In this document: positions 54,907 through 64,000 of the stretch, piece by piece | Layout: every line of letters begins with the position of its first letter | How positions within the stretch are numbered: position 1 is the stretch's first letter | NCBI GenBank assembly: GCA_002361775.1 | Contig: DETV01000048.1 | Span: forward strand, 2,186 to 66,185 | DNA length: 64,000 nt | Reading direction: 5' to 3' | Source of the DNA: Eubacterium sp. UBA3279 | GTDB taxonomy: Bacteria; Bacillota; Clostridia; Lachnospirales; Lachnospiraceae | Notes under the pieces: generated by a model | Told to the model about the DNA's origin: nothing | The model's database searches: none | Seen by the model: only the letters and a program-made list of their open reading frames with translations | Translations under genes and position numbers: made by a program

Positions 54907-55133
54907 CTTCTCTTCTCCTTATTCTGATTTCTATTAATAACAATCTGCTGTTAGTATCACACATTTTTTAGAAATTATGAGTTTATTTACCAGTTTTCAG
55001 AGAAGTTTACACTACTTACATTTTTAAGTACAGATTTCCTCACTATTCAAAGTCAAAATAACTGTACTGATTTTTCCTGTCTTGACAAACACTTTTCTTT
55101 AAAATATCCTATCTATAAAAAGAGGTGAATCGT

Positions 55134-55664
55134 ATGGAATATCGCACATTAAAGGAAGAAGAAATTACATTAGAACTTTTTTCCCATTTTCAGAGACATC
55201 AGACTGTGGGAAAATGCTGGCGTCGGGATAAAGACGGATTCTGGTGTATTAAAGAAGATCCCTTTATTGATGACTGGAGCAAAGAGGATTACATTTTTCT
55301 GGTAGACTGTCTGCAAAACACCATCCGCACAGACGGGATTGTCATAGGGGCTTTTTATCAGAATAAATTAAAAGGATTTGTTTCTGTAGAATCTGATTTT
55401 ATAGGAGAAAAGAAAGAATATCTGGATCTTACCAGTATCCATGTATCAGAAGATATGAGAGGAAAAGGAATCGGAAAAGAATTATTTTCCCGCGCCGCCT
55501 GTTGGGCAAAAGCACGCGGAGGGAAAAAACTATATATTTCTGCCCATTCTGCCGTGGAAACTCAATCTTTCTACCGTAATCTGGGATGCACTGACGCTGC
55601 AGAATATCAAAAATCTCATGTGGAGCAAGAGCCATATGACGTACAGATGGAGTTCATACTATGA
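55134..55664 (+). CDS. GNAT acetyltransferase
   Basis: IHVSEDMRGKGIGKELF, LYISAHSAVETQSFY. Confidence 0.88.
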   Translation: MEYRTLKEEEITLELFSHFQRHQTVGKCWRRDKDGFWCIKEDPFIDDWSKEDYIFLVDCLQNTIRTDGIVIGAFYQNKLKGFVSVESDFIGEKKEYLDLTSIHVSEDMRGKGIGKELFSRAACWAKARGGKKLYISAHSAVETQSFYRNLGCTDAAEYQKSHVEQEPYDVQMEFIL

Positions 55665-56269
55665 GAGATAATTATAAAATTCAGACAGAATATGCCAGAA
55701 ACATTTTCCTCCGATATGATCAGGAAACTCTGATTCAAAACTTTTCTCTGGAGCATAATAAAGATTTTCTTTTCCTCAATTTTGTTCACCATCCTTACAG
55801 AATCCACAGAACATCCGGTCTGGTGGAATATCTGGATGCTCAACACCTTTGGAGGGAAGGCGGATTTAATGAAGTGCTTTCTATCTATGATATGATCTGC
55901 AATCCCAAAGGAAGGCCTGTACTGTCCGGGGAGTGGAGTCCTGTAGGTAATCTGGGCGGTATGAAAAATGCCTCAGAGGCTGTGGGCGAAAGTGGACTGA
56001 ATACATATGGAAAATATTTTGCAGGCAAAACCGCTGTATTGACAGATGCCTGTCAACGCCTGGGCGGTACTCCCGCGCCTATGGGAGATGTTGCATTCTA
56101 TCTCCCTGTCTTTGATTTTTTCCCTGTATACCTGCGTTTTTATGATGAAGATGAGGAATTTCCCGCTCAGCTTCAACTTCTCTGGGATAAAAATACCTGT
56201 CTTTACATTCACTATGAAACCACTTTTTATATTGCCGGACATTTATTCCACACATTATTAGGGGAGTGA
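55661..56269 (+). CDS. DUF3786-like protein
   Basis: FYDEDEEFPAQLQLLWDKN..YIHYE motif. Confidence 0.7.
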   Translation: MRDNYKIQTEYARNIFLRYDQETLIQNFSLEHNKDFLFLNFVHHPYRIHRTSGLVEYLDAQHLWREGGFNEVLSIYDMICNPKGRPVLSGEWSPVGNLGGMKNASEAVGESGLNTYGKYFAGKTAVLTDACQRLGGTPAPMGDVAFYLPVFDFFPVYLRFYDEDEEFPAQLQLLWDKNTCLYIHYETTFYIAGHLFHTLLGE

Positions 56270-56270
56270 A

Positions 56271-56927
56271 TCAACCCTCCCCTAATAATGTGTCCAAAGC
56301 CTTTATCAAAGCTTCCTTTTCTATAAGCCCGGGGGCATACGCCGCCACCCTTCCTTCTTTATCCAATAACATTGTAGTCGGCAGAGAATTTACCGAATAA
56401 GTATAGACCGCATTCATATCCTCGTCATAAAATGCGGGAATCGTATATCCCTGCTCCTGAAGATAGGTTTCTGCCTTTTCTCTGGTTTCCCGGGAACCAT
56501 CTGTGGAATTAATAAAAAGAAATTCTACTTTATCCTTATATTCCTCATAAACCTCCTGAAAATCAGGCATTTCCTGTTTACAGTAACCGCACCAGGTAGC
56601 CCAGAAATTCATTACTACAGGCTTCCCGTAATAATCAGAAAGTTTTACTGCTTTTCCTTCGCTGTCATAAAAAGTTACGTCTATGGCTTCCTGCCGTTTA
56701 GCTCCCGGATCACCTGATGTCTCCTCCTCTTCCGGCTTGGATTCCTCTTTCTCAGCATTTTCTGTTACTTCCTCTCCCTTTTTCTCCTCTGTTTCCGAAT
56801 TTTTCACTTTTTCTTCCAGAGAGGGAATATTCGCTTCAGCCTGCAATTTTTGATAGGCAAATATCGCCACCCCAAGGATTGCAGCCAAAACCACTGCCAT
56901 CCCTATTAATTTTCCATATTTTTTCAT
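56271..56927 (-). CDS. TlpA-like thiol:disulfide oxidoreductase
   Basis: NFWATWCGYC, SLPTT; start MKKYGK at 56927 after GGAGG. Confidence 0.9.
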   Translation of the reverse strand: MKKYGKLIGMAVVLAAILGVAIFAYQKLQAEANIPSLEEKVKNSETEEKKGEEVTENAEKEESKPEEEETSGDPGAKRQEAIDVTFYDSEGKAVKLSDYYGKPVVMNFWATWCGYCKQEMPDFQEVYEEYKDKVEFLFINSTDGSRETREKAETYLQEQGYTIPAFYDEDMNAVYTYSVNSLPTTMLLDKEGRVAAYAPGLIEKEALIKALDTLLGEG

Positions 56928-56941
56928 TCCGGCCTCCTTTT

Positions 56942-57613
56942 TTATGACAGCATTCCCAAAACTCTGCTCATCAATCCTGTCATCATCAAAATACCAATCC
57001 CCACCAGCAGAGCGCCGCACACCCGGTTAATCACCTGATAATGAGTCTTAATAAACTGGAAAGTTCCTTTCAGCTTATCAATCAACAGGGCGCTCACAAG
57101 AAACGGAATTCCCAGTCCCAGAGAATATAAAAAAAGCATAACAATCCCCTGCAGTACCGATCCTTGCTGAGAAGCCATCAATAAAGCCGAACCCAGAAAA
57201 GTTCCCACACAGGGAGTCCACCCGATAGAAAAAATAATTCCAAAAACCACTGCCGAAAAAAATCCCAGTTCCTTTACCTCTTTTTGAATTTTATGGGTTC
57301 CATTCAGCAGTCCGATATTTAAAATCCCCATAAAATTTAATCCAAAAATAATCACCACCGCTCCGGTGATCAGATTTACCACTGTCTGGTATCGCTGCAA
57401 AAGACTTCCCAGCCCTGCCATAAATGCTCCCAGAGCCACAAACACCAACGTAAATCCTAATACAAATCCCAAAGCATTCACCAAGGTTTTTCTGCTTTTT
57501 CCCTCTTCCGCTTTTCCTCCTGTAAAATAAAGAACATATACGGGAAGCATAGGCAGCAGACAAGGGGAAATAAACGTGATGATTCCTTCCAGAAAAGATA
57601 ATACGTATGTCAT
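56942..57613 (-). CDS. ccdA: CcdA-type cytochrome c biogenesis / DsbD TM protein
   Basis: FISPCLLP and GWTPCVG conserved Cys motifs. Confidence 0.9.
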   Translation of the reverse strand: MTYVLSFLEGIITFISPCLLPMLPVYVLYFTGGKAEEGKSRKTLVNALGFVLGFTLVFVALGAFMAGLGSLLQRYQTVVNLITGAVVIIFGLNFMGILNIGLLNGTHKIQKEVKELGFFSAVVFGIIFSIGWTPCVGTFLGSALLMASQQGSVLQGIVMLFLYSLGLGIPFLVSALLIDKLKGTFQFIKTHYQVINRVCGALLVGIGILMMTGLMSRVLGMLS

Positions 57614-57759
57614 TCTTTCTCTCCTTATCGTCTATCAATGATGTTAAAATCTGATGCTATTATAGCGTGTTTCCTCTCTTTTGACTGTAACCTGATCACA
57701 CAAATTTTCTTGCTTGTCAGGAATATTTCATTCTGGAAAGCAACTTGCAATCATTCCTT

Positions 57760-58293
57760 TCATTTATCCTTGTCTAAAAACACTTTTGAACCTGTTGCGC
57801 CTCTTTGCCCCTGATATTTTCCTCTATATGGATTCAATGCCGTATCGTCAAGCTGTGCAAATACTAATTGTCCAACTCGTCGTCCTGCCCTCAACTCAAT
57901 AGCACATCTATTCGCATTAAACAATTCCAATGTTATTTCACCCTTAAATCCAGGATCAACCCAACCTGCGTTTTGAATAAATAATCCCATTCTTCCCAAA
58001 GAGCTGCGTCCTTCAACAAATGCGGTAAGATTATCAGGCAATTCGAAATATTCCATTGTTGTAGCCAGTACAAATTGTCCCGGAAGCAATATATATTTTT
58101 CTGCGGTAATTTGTTTATATACTATTTCACCATTTAAATCAATTATACCGGAGGACGAATCCTCCACAACACTGTATGTATTCCCAATGCGAATATCAAT
58201 GCTCGCCGGTTGTATTTGTTCAATTTTCAAGGGTTCGACAACAAGTGTTTGCTCTTTAATCATTTTCATTAATGTTTTATCTGAAAGTATCAT
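57760..58293 (-). CDS. dcd: dCTP deaminase
   Basis: IQPASIDIR, GRSSLGRMGL, DPGFKGEITLEL, GKYQGQ. Confidence 0.93.
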   Translation of the reverse strand: MILSDKTLMKMIKEQTLVVEPLKIEQIQPASIDIRIGNTYSVVEDSSSGIIDLNGEIVYKQITAEKYILLPGQFVLATTMEYFELPDNLTAFVEGRSSLGRMGLFIQNAGWVDPGFKGEITLELFNANRCAIELRAGRRVGQLVFAQLDDTALNPYRGKYQGQRGATGSKVFLDKDK

Positions 58294-58337
58294 TCTCTTC
58301 TCCTTTGCAATTTCTCATTTATATAACTCTTTTCACC

Positions 58338-58490
58338 TTAACAAACTGGAAATTTTATACTTCCTTCATATGTACAGTTGAAGAAAATTCGGTTCCCTAT
58401 TATCATCATAACAGGATAAAATACAAGAACAGCCACAGCAGTGCAAACTACCGTGGCTGTTAACTGTCTTATAAATACCGCACTTTCCAT
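58338..58490 (-). CDS. Short hydrophobic ORF, possible transporter remnant
   Basis: MESAVFIRQLTATVVCTAVAVLVFYPVMMIIGNRIFF...; weak RBS. Confidence 0.3.
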   Translation of the reverse strand: MESAVFIRQLTATVVCTAVAVLVFYPVMMIIGNRIFFNCTYEGSIKFPVC

Positions 58491-58519
58491 ACGGGACGTT
58501 TTCTTTCTATGTATCTATA

Positions 58520-59806
58520 TTAGTTCAATTCTACCTTGATCGCTCCCTGTGGACGGATATGCATAACATACGCAGATCCCTCTCCCAGAGCTTTATCAAT
58601 ATACTGTGTAAAGCCTTCTGTATATTCTTTTGGAAGAAATGCTGCGATAACTCCGGCAAATCCGCCTCCATGTACACGGCATACGCCATGACCGATCTTA
58701 TCCAGATACAATTTGGTCAGCGCCAGCGCCACTGTAATAGACTGTTCCTCAGGAGTCTCATTGCAATAGCAGTTCTGCAGCCATTTCCAGGAAGAATCTC
58801 CAGATTCTGTGATTTTTCTCAGGAATGTATCAAAATCTTTTGCTTCCAAAGCTTCTACTTCTGCATCCACTCTCTTATTTTCTTCAAAGAAATGGAACGC
58901 ACGAAGTACTCCCCGGTCTCCGGCAAATTCACGAATCGCCCGTACATTTTCAATAACTGCCTCTTCGTCAACCTGCTGCAACACTTCTTTTCCAAAATAT
59001 TCAGCAACCTTCTTCATTTCATTCGGCACTGCAGAATATTCCGCGCTCAGGTCTGCATGACCCTTTCCTGTATTGATAATAACCAGATCGTGACCCATTT
59101 CATCAAAATTACACTGAATCTCACGAATTTTCGGATTTTCAATATCCGCAAAATCTATAGTTATCATACCGCCAACTGCACAAGCCAACTGATCCAGAAG
59201 ACCGGAACCCTTCAGCCAATATTTATTTTCCGCATACTGACCTGCTTTTGCATAAGCCACCACACCGATTTTTCCATCGTTAAACAGATAATCCACGATA
59301 ACACAAACTAACATTTCAAAAGAAGCAGAAGAACTTACCCCTGCGCCTCCAATAACATTAGAAGTCACATAAGCATCAAAACCGTCTACTTTAAAACCTT
59401 TCTCCAGAAGACCTGCAAAAATACCTTTCAACAACGGCTCTGTACCTGTGGTCTTCTCTGTAGGAGCCAGATTGTCCAGATCAATCACCAGACGCTGGTT
59501 ATAAGTTTCGCTGATCAGCGTAACTGTATGAGTTCCATTGGCAGAAGCAGCCGCTACACAGTCCAGATGTACGCTTCCTGCCAGAACCTTTCCATGGTTA
59601 TGGTCCGTATGATTACCGCCGATTTCTGTTCTTCCCGGCGCGGTAAAGAATTCAAATTCTCTGTCTCCAAACTCTTTTGCAAAACCCTCTGCTACCATTT
59701 CATACCGTTTTGCATTCTCTTCCACTCTGTTTTCGCCATACATCTGTTTGAAAAGGCTGACTGCTTTTTCACTTTTTACAACCTCTGCTACATTTGCTGC
59801 TTTCAT
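58520..59806 (-). CDS. Galactokinase-family GHMP sugar kinase
   Basis: APGRTEIGGNHTDH, GAGVSSSA, RVHGGGFAG. Confidence 0.85.
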   Translation of the reverse strand: MKAANVAEVVKSEKAVSLFKQMYGENRVEENAKRYEMVAEGFAKEFGDREFEFFTAPGRTEIGGNHTDHNHGKVLAGSVHLDCVAAASANGTHTVTLISETYNQRLVIDLDNLAPTEKTTGTEPLLKGIFAGLLEKGFKVDGFDAYVTSNVIGGAGVSSSASFEMLVCVIVDYLFNDGKIGVVAYAKAGQYAENKYWLKGSGLLDQLACAVGGMITIDFADIENPKIREIQCNFDEMGHDLVIINTGKGHADLSAEYSAVPNEMKKVAEYFGKEVLQQVDEEAVIENVRAIREFAGDRGVLRAFHFFEENKRVDAEVEALEAKDFDTFLRKITESGDSSWKWLQNCYCNETPEEQSITVALALTKLYLDKIGHGVCRVHGGGFAGVIAAFLPKEYTEGFTQYIDKALGEGSAYVMHIRPQGAIKVELN

Positions 59807-59930
59807 ATTCCCTCTCCTTTATAGAAATTTGTAACTGTTTCACACCTTCACTCTGAACAGTTGCCTGCCACTTATCATTATAAAGAGAAATTCCCAATAA
59901 TACAACAACTATATTGATAATTCTTTGTAT

Positions 59931-60596
59931 TCACATATAGGTTTTTTTCCTGATTTCTTCCCAAAAACTACGTCCCTGGAAAATAATCAGCCCCGCCAGA
60001 ATCAAAATGGACACAGTTCCACATAAAATCACCGGAATTTTCATTTGCACAAGACCGGTTACCCAGAAAATCATCTGTAAAATACCTGCCAGACAAGTCA
60101 TAATATAATAAATCATATAATAAACGGAAGGCAGATGAAGAATCTTCACTATCATAGTCAAAACAGGAAATACCAGAAGAATAGTGATAGGAATTCCATA
60201 TTCCAGCGACCATCCCCGATAACCTGTGAGAAAATCCCATAATACGCAGATTCCACACAGCAACACCATTTCCCAGAGTGTATTTTTCAGCAAATTTTTC
60301 CGTTTATAAATTGCCACTGCCGTAAGCACCCATACGCACACCACTGCCGCAGAAGAAAATCCTGCCCAAAATACCCTGACGGGGATCATCAGATTGATTG
60401 CAAAGCTTAATACAACCACTGCGATGCAGGAAAACGTAAATATTCTCATAAAGAGTGTAATGACTGATTTTTCCCGGGTCATATCAGGAAATAATTGTCC
60501 CTCCTTCTCCGGTTTCCCTTCCAGTTTTCCCTGACATAAGGGACATCGATTTGAAGGACACAGCACCTGAACCTTACATCTTTCACAATATTGCAT
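59931..60596 (-). CDS. DUF6320-like membrane protein with N-terminal zinc ribbon
   Basis: MQYCERC...RCPLCQ then about 6 TM helices; RBS GAAAGGGG before ATG 60596. Confidence 0.7.
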   Translation of the reverse strand: MQYCERCKVQVLCPSNRCPLCQGKLEGKPEKEGQLFPDMTREKSVITLFMRIFTFSCIAVVVLSFAINLMIPVRVFWAGFSSAAVVCVWVLTAVAIYKRKNLLKNTLWEMVLLCGICVLWDFLTGYRGWSLEYGIPITILLVFPVLTMIVKILHLPSVYYMIYYIMTCLAGILQMIFWVTGLVQMKIPVILCGTVSILILAGLIIFQGRSFWEEIRKKTYM

Positions 60597-60597
60597 C

Positions 60598-61872
60598 CTA
60601 CAACTCCCCTTTCTCATCATTCCAGGAAATAATCTTTACGCCAGCTCCCGTTGCCGTCAGCATACGGAAAAAATTTTTCTCCACCACACTCTCCGCAAAA
60701 CAGGAAGTAAAACTGATGGTCAGATTATCTTCATAGGAACACATACAGATTTCCATCTTGGGAGTGGTGGTATAAAAATCAAACCAGTCTATATATTCTT
60801 TGCACTCTTCTGGCATTTCTATTTTTCCAATATTCGAAAAAACCGCCGTTCCGCTGGAAGAAGAAAACATAGCTCCCGCCTGCATCCCCCATAATTTCAC
60901 CGGTAAGGGTAATATTCTCATAAAAGGATTTTTCTCCAGTCTGATCAGTCCGTTCATTCTGGCAGCTATCCGCCGGGGAGTCAGTTCCTCTTTGAAGAAA
61001 CGGGAAGTAAATTCTATCACATCCTCCAGTTTTTTGCTTTGTTTGGAAAAATCATAGCCGATATCAATCCATCCGAAAAAATTTCTCACCGAATCAGAGG
61101 GAAAATAATTTCTCAAATTCACCGGAATCATCAATGCCACCGGTTTTTTCTTTTGTCGTTCACTCATTTCCTCTGCTATAGCGCAAAGATACACCGCCGT
61201 CAGATAAACGGTAAGGGTAGTTCCATAGGATCTGGCCGTTTCCAGCATTTCCTTTACAGATAAAATCCCTTCCGTCAAATGAAGCTGATGATATTCCGTC
61301 TTGCGAAATTTCATTTGATGGGCTTTATATTTAGGAATATTTTCTCCTTTTCCCTGATCGGAATAATATTTTTCAAAACTATCTTCTGACATTTCATTTT
61401 CTGTGGCGTCGATCTGCACCTGCCGGGGAGAACCGGTGATCCATTTTGGGTACCGTTCTTTTAAATAATAAAATATCAGCGTTTTTACAAACTGCATCGC
61501 CCCTGTTCCATCTGTCAGGGCATGATACGTTTCAAAATTGATCCGTTTTTTATAATATGTGACTTCAAAAAGAAGATTTTTCTGATCCCTCACATAAATC
61601 TGACTGCAGGGAGGACGATATTCTTCCCGGACTGCGGGACGTAAATGGGATTCTTCCAGATAATTCCAAAACAACCCTCCCCGCAGCACGCACAAAAACA
61701 TAGGATAATCCTCCATGCACAGATCTAAGGCCTTCTGCAGTTTTGCCGGATCTACTTCTTCCCTTAGCTGACAGGATATACGAAACACTCTTTCATCCTT
61801 TTTTCCGCTGGTTGCCGGAAAAATTTTTGCTGTATTTTCCAGTAACCGCCACTTCTTTCTTCCGGAACTCAA
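60598..61872 (-). CDS. Alcohol acetyltransferase / condensation-fold acyltransferase
   Basis: YHALTDG (HxxxDG), PVNLR, FSNIG. Confidence 0.8.
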   Translation of the reverse strand: MSSGRKKWRLLENTAKIFPATSGKKDERVFRISCQLREEVDPAKLQKALDLCMEDYPMFLCVLRGGLFWNYLEESHLRPAVREEYRPPCSQIYVRDQKNLLFEVTYYKKRINFETYHALTDGTGAMQFVKTLIFYYLKERYPKWITGSPRQVQIDATENEMSEDSFEKYYSDQGKGENIPKYKAHQMKFRKTEYHQLHLTEGILSVKEMLETARSYGTTLTVYLTAVYLCAIAEEMSERQKKKPVALMIPVNLRNYFPSDSVRNFFGWIDIGYDFSKQSKKLEDVIEFTSRFFKEELTPRRIAARMNGLIRLEKNPFMRILPLPVKLWGMQAGAMFSSSSGTAVFSNIGKIEMPEECKEYIDWFDFYTTTPKMEICMCSYEDNLTISFTSCFAESVVEKNFFRMLTATGAGVKIISWNDEKGEL

Positions 61873-61875
61873 GTT

Positions 61876-62871
61876 TTACTTCATCTCCTTTTCCTCATTC
61901 TGCAAAAATTCATTGATATACCCATAGGTTTCCCGTACCGGAGTATAAAAAGGTTCCAAGAGGAAAAAGCCGTGAATCCCCTCTTCAATTCTGTGATGCT
62001 CCACTTTATTACCGGCTTCTTTTAATTTCCGGGCAAATGTTTCCCCTTCATCCCGCAAAGGATCAAATTTACCCGTAATAATCAGTGTATCGGGTAAATT
62101 TTTCAAATTCTCCTCCAGTAAAGGGGCAAAATAAGGATTACTTTTATCTTCTTCCGAACTTTGATAGTATTCCAGATAATCCGCCATATTCTGCCGGGTA
62201 AGAAGATAATCCTGCCCGTTTTCCATCACAGACGGGAAACCGTTGTTTTCTTCATAATTATTATTCAGACAAGGATAAATTAAAATCTGTCTTGCAACGG
62301 TAAATTCTCCCCGGTCCCGCGCCATCAAAGACACTGCAGCCGTAATATTTCCTCCGGCGCTGTCTCCCATCAGTGTAATCTGCTCCGGTTCCACATTCAG
62401 GATACTCCTGTCCGTCAGCACCGCTCTGGCTACAGCATAACAATCTTCTATCTGCCGGGGAAACCGATGTTCCGGCGCCAACGGATAATCTATAGAAACC
62501 ACCACATGACCGGTATGTTTTGCCAGATTCCAACACACCCGATTATAAGATTCCACGCTTTCTGTAACAAAGCCGCCTCCGTGAATATACAAAATCACCG
62601 GGCAGGTATTGTCCCCCATATTGCCGCTGTAATTCTTTTCATTTCTCTGCAATTCCTCAATATCAACTGTATCATAAGATTCCTCGTTGGGAAAATAAAT
62701 CCGTATGGGAACTTCATGTTTTCCATGATAAATCTTTGTATCCAACGTTCTGTAAAACCCCTTAAAGGGATCTATGGTTTTCAGGTTCATCAACCGCCGG
62801 GATTTCTGTACATCCAGCTTTGTCTCGGGATCTGACAGAGCTTTTAAAAAAAGATGCATTGCTTTATTCAT
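61876..62871 (-). CDS. HSL-family alpha/beta hydrolase (esterase/lipase)
   Basis: HGGGF, GDSAGG, DPLRDEG, HGF. Confidence 0.92.
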   Translation of the reverse strand: MNKAMHLFLKALSDPETKLDVQKSRRLMNLKTIDPFKGFYRTLDTKIYHGKHEVPIRIYFPNEESYDTVDIEELQRNEKNYSGNMGDNTCPVILYIHGGGFVTESVESYNRVCWNLAKHTGHVVVSIDYPLAPEHRFPRQIEDCYAVARAVLTDRSILNVEPEQITLMGDSAGGNITAAVSLMARDRGEFTVARQILIYPCLNNNYEENNGFPSVMENGQDYLLTRQNMADYLEYYQSSEEDKSNPYFAPLLEENLKNLPDTLIITGKFDPLRDEGETFARKLKEAGNKVEHHRIEEGIHGFFLLEPFYTPVRETYGYINEFLQNEEKEMK

Positions 62872-62889
62872 ATTTGAAACTCCCTTTTA

Positions 62890-64000
62890 TCACTTCGAGA
62901 TCAATTCCAATATTTCTTCTCTTGTAAAACTTCCGCTTCCCATATCCTCTCCAGACAGGATCTGATCTGCAAGAGCATATTTTTTCTCCTGAAGTTTTAC
63001 GATGTTTTCTTCTATAGTATCTTTCGTAATCAATTTATATACATTGACCGTATTTTTCTGTCCAATTCGATGCGCTCTGTCAGTCGCCTGATTTTGTACT
63101 GCCAGATTCCACCAGGGATCATAATGAATCACAATATCTGCTGCTGTAAGATTCAGACCTGTCCCTCCGGCTTTCAGAGAAATGCAAAATACCGGAACTT
63201 CATCCTGATTAAAGTCTTCCACCATTTTTGCCCGTTTTTCTTTTCCTGTAGATCCAGTCAGCATATAGTAATTTATCCCTTCTTTATCCAGTCGTTTTGC
63301 AAGACGATCCAGCATGGTAGTAAACTGAGAAAACACAAGAATCTTATGACCACCCTCTACCGCATTACAGATCATATCCACACACATCTCTAGTTTTGCT
63401 GATTCTCCCTTATATTCTTCGAAAAGCAGCGCTGGATCGCAGCAAATCTGTCTTAGTTTTGTCAATTCTGACAAAATGACAATCTTGGAAGTATTGAATT
63501 CTTCTTCCGTTTGTTTGTCCAGCAAAAGTCTCATCCGTTTTACATGAGCGTCGTATAATTTCTGCTGTTCTCCTTCCAGACAGGTATATCTGTTTTCTTC
63601 TACTTTTTCCGGAAGGTCCTGCAATACATCTTTTTTCAGCCTTCTCAACACAAAAGGACGAATCATCTTCCGCAGACGTTCCCTCGCCTCTTCACTGTCA
63701 TGCTGTACAATCGGCTGTTCCAGTTCTGTCCGAAATCGGGTATAACTGTAGAGAAAACCCGGCATCAGATAATCGAAAATACTCCAAAGTTCACTCAGTC
63801 TGTTCTCCACCGGTGTCCCCGTAAGGGCAAAACGGGTATCTGCCTGTATTTTCTTTACCGCCTTTGCCACCTGTGTGCTGTGATTTTTGATATACTGTCC
63901 TTCATCAATAATCTGATGTTGGAAATGATATTTTTTGTAATGCTCCACATCTCTGCGCAAAAGATCGTAGGAAGTGATCAGAATATCTTTTTCATTCGCC
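62890..64000 (-). CDS. SNF2-family helicase (partial, begins beyond window)
   Basis: ILITSYDLLRRD continues to window edge; IIDEGQ, LTGTPVEN, QATDRAHRIGQ. Confidence 0.92.
   Translation of the reverse strand, partial: ANEKDILITSYDLLRRDVEHYKKYHFQHQIIDEGQYIKNHSTQVAKAVKKIQADTRFALTGTPVENRLSELWSIFDYLMPGFLYSYTRFRTELEQPIVQHDSEEARERLRKMIRPFVLRRLKKDVLQDLPEKVEENRYTCLEGEQQKLYDAHVKRMRLLLDKQTEEEFNTSKIVILSELTKLRQICCDPALLFEEYKGESAKLEMCVDMICNAVEGGHKILVFSQFTTMLDRLAKRLDKEGINYYMLTGSTGKEKRAKMVEDFNQDEVPVFCISLKAGGTGLNLTAADIVIHYDPWWNLAVQNQATDRAHRIGQKNTVNVYKLITKDTIEENIVKLQEKKYALADQILSGEDMGSGSFTREEILELISK

Overview
Two regions. (1) About 1-31,975 is one end and most of the body of a Firmicutes integrative conjugative element, all on the minus strand. 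It encodes class B sortase, VirB4, PrgI, VirB6-like and VirB2-like proteins, VirD4, an ArdC-like protein, PcfB, a MOBP relaxase, MobC, a candidate oriT, a toprim protein, a 2613-aa ArdC/N6-MTase/SNF2 (DarB-like) protein, a thioester-domain TPKTG adhesin, a lipoprotein, ParAB, a zinc-ribbon repeat protein and a VOC protein. The element appears to have integrated into lysS at the FPTMK codons and to supply the LysRS C-terminal tRNA-binding domain. The integrase and the other end lie left of the window. (2) About 31,975-64,000 is ordinary chromosome of a spore-forming, Lachnospiraceae-like host: lysS, greA, dusB, birA, argF, pfkA, dnaE, tRNA-Gln, pncB, spoVT, dcd, a galK-like gene and others. The main observations are these: an rRNA-type boxA plus a ~330-nt structured leader heads a >28-kb transfer operon that is interrupted by at least three intrinsic-terminator-like hairpins, a candidate undescribed processive antitermination system; a pair of ~49% identical small paralogues sits at the leader and at virD4; a complete tnpV-family gene is nested in another frame inside the giant helicase gene at what looks like an ancestral fusion point; a basic ...ER C-terminal tail is shared by many soluble ICE proteins; and integrase-arm-like repeats lie inside the lysS tail. 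All family assignments come from motif recognition by eye; no database searches were run.
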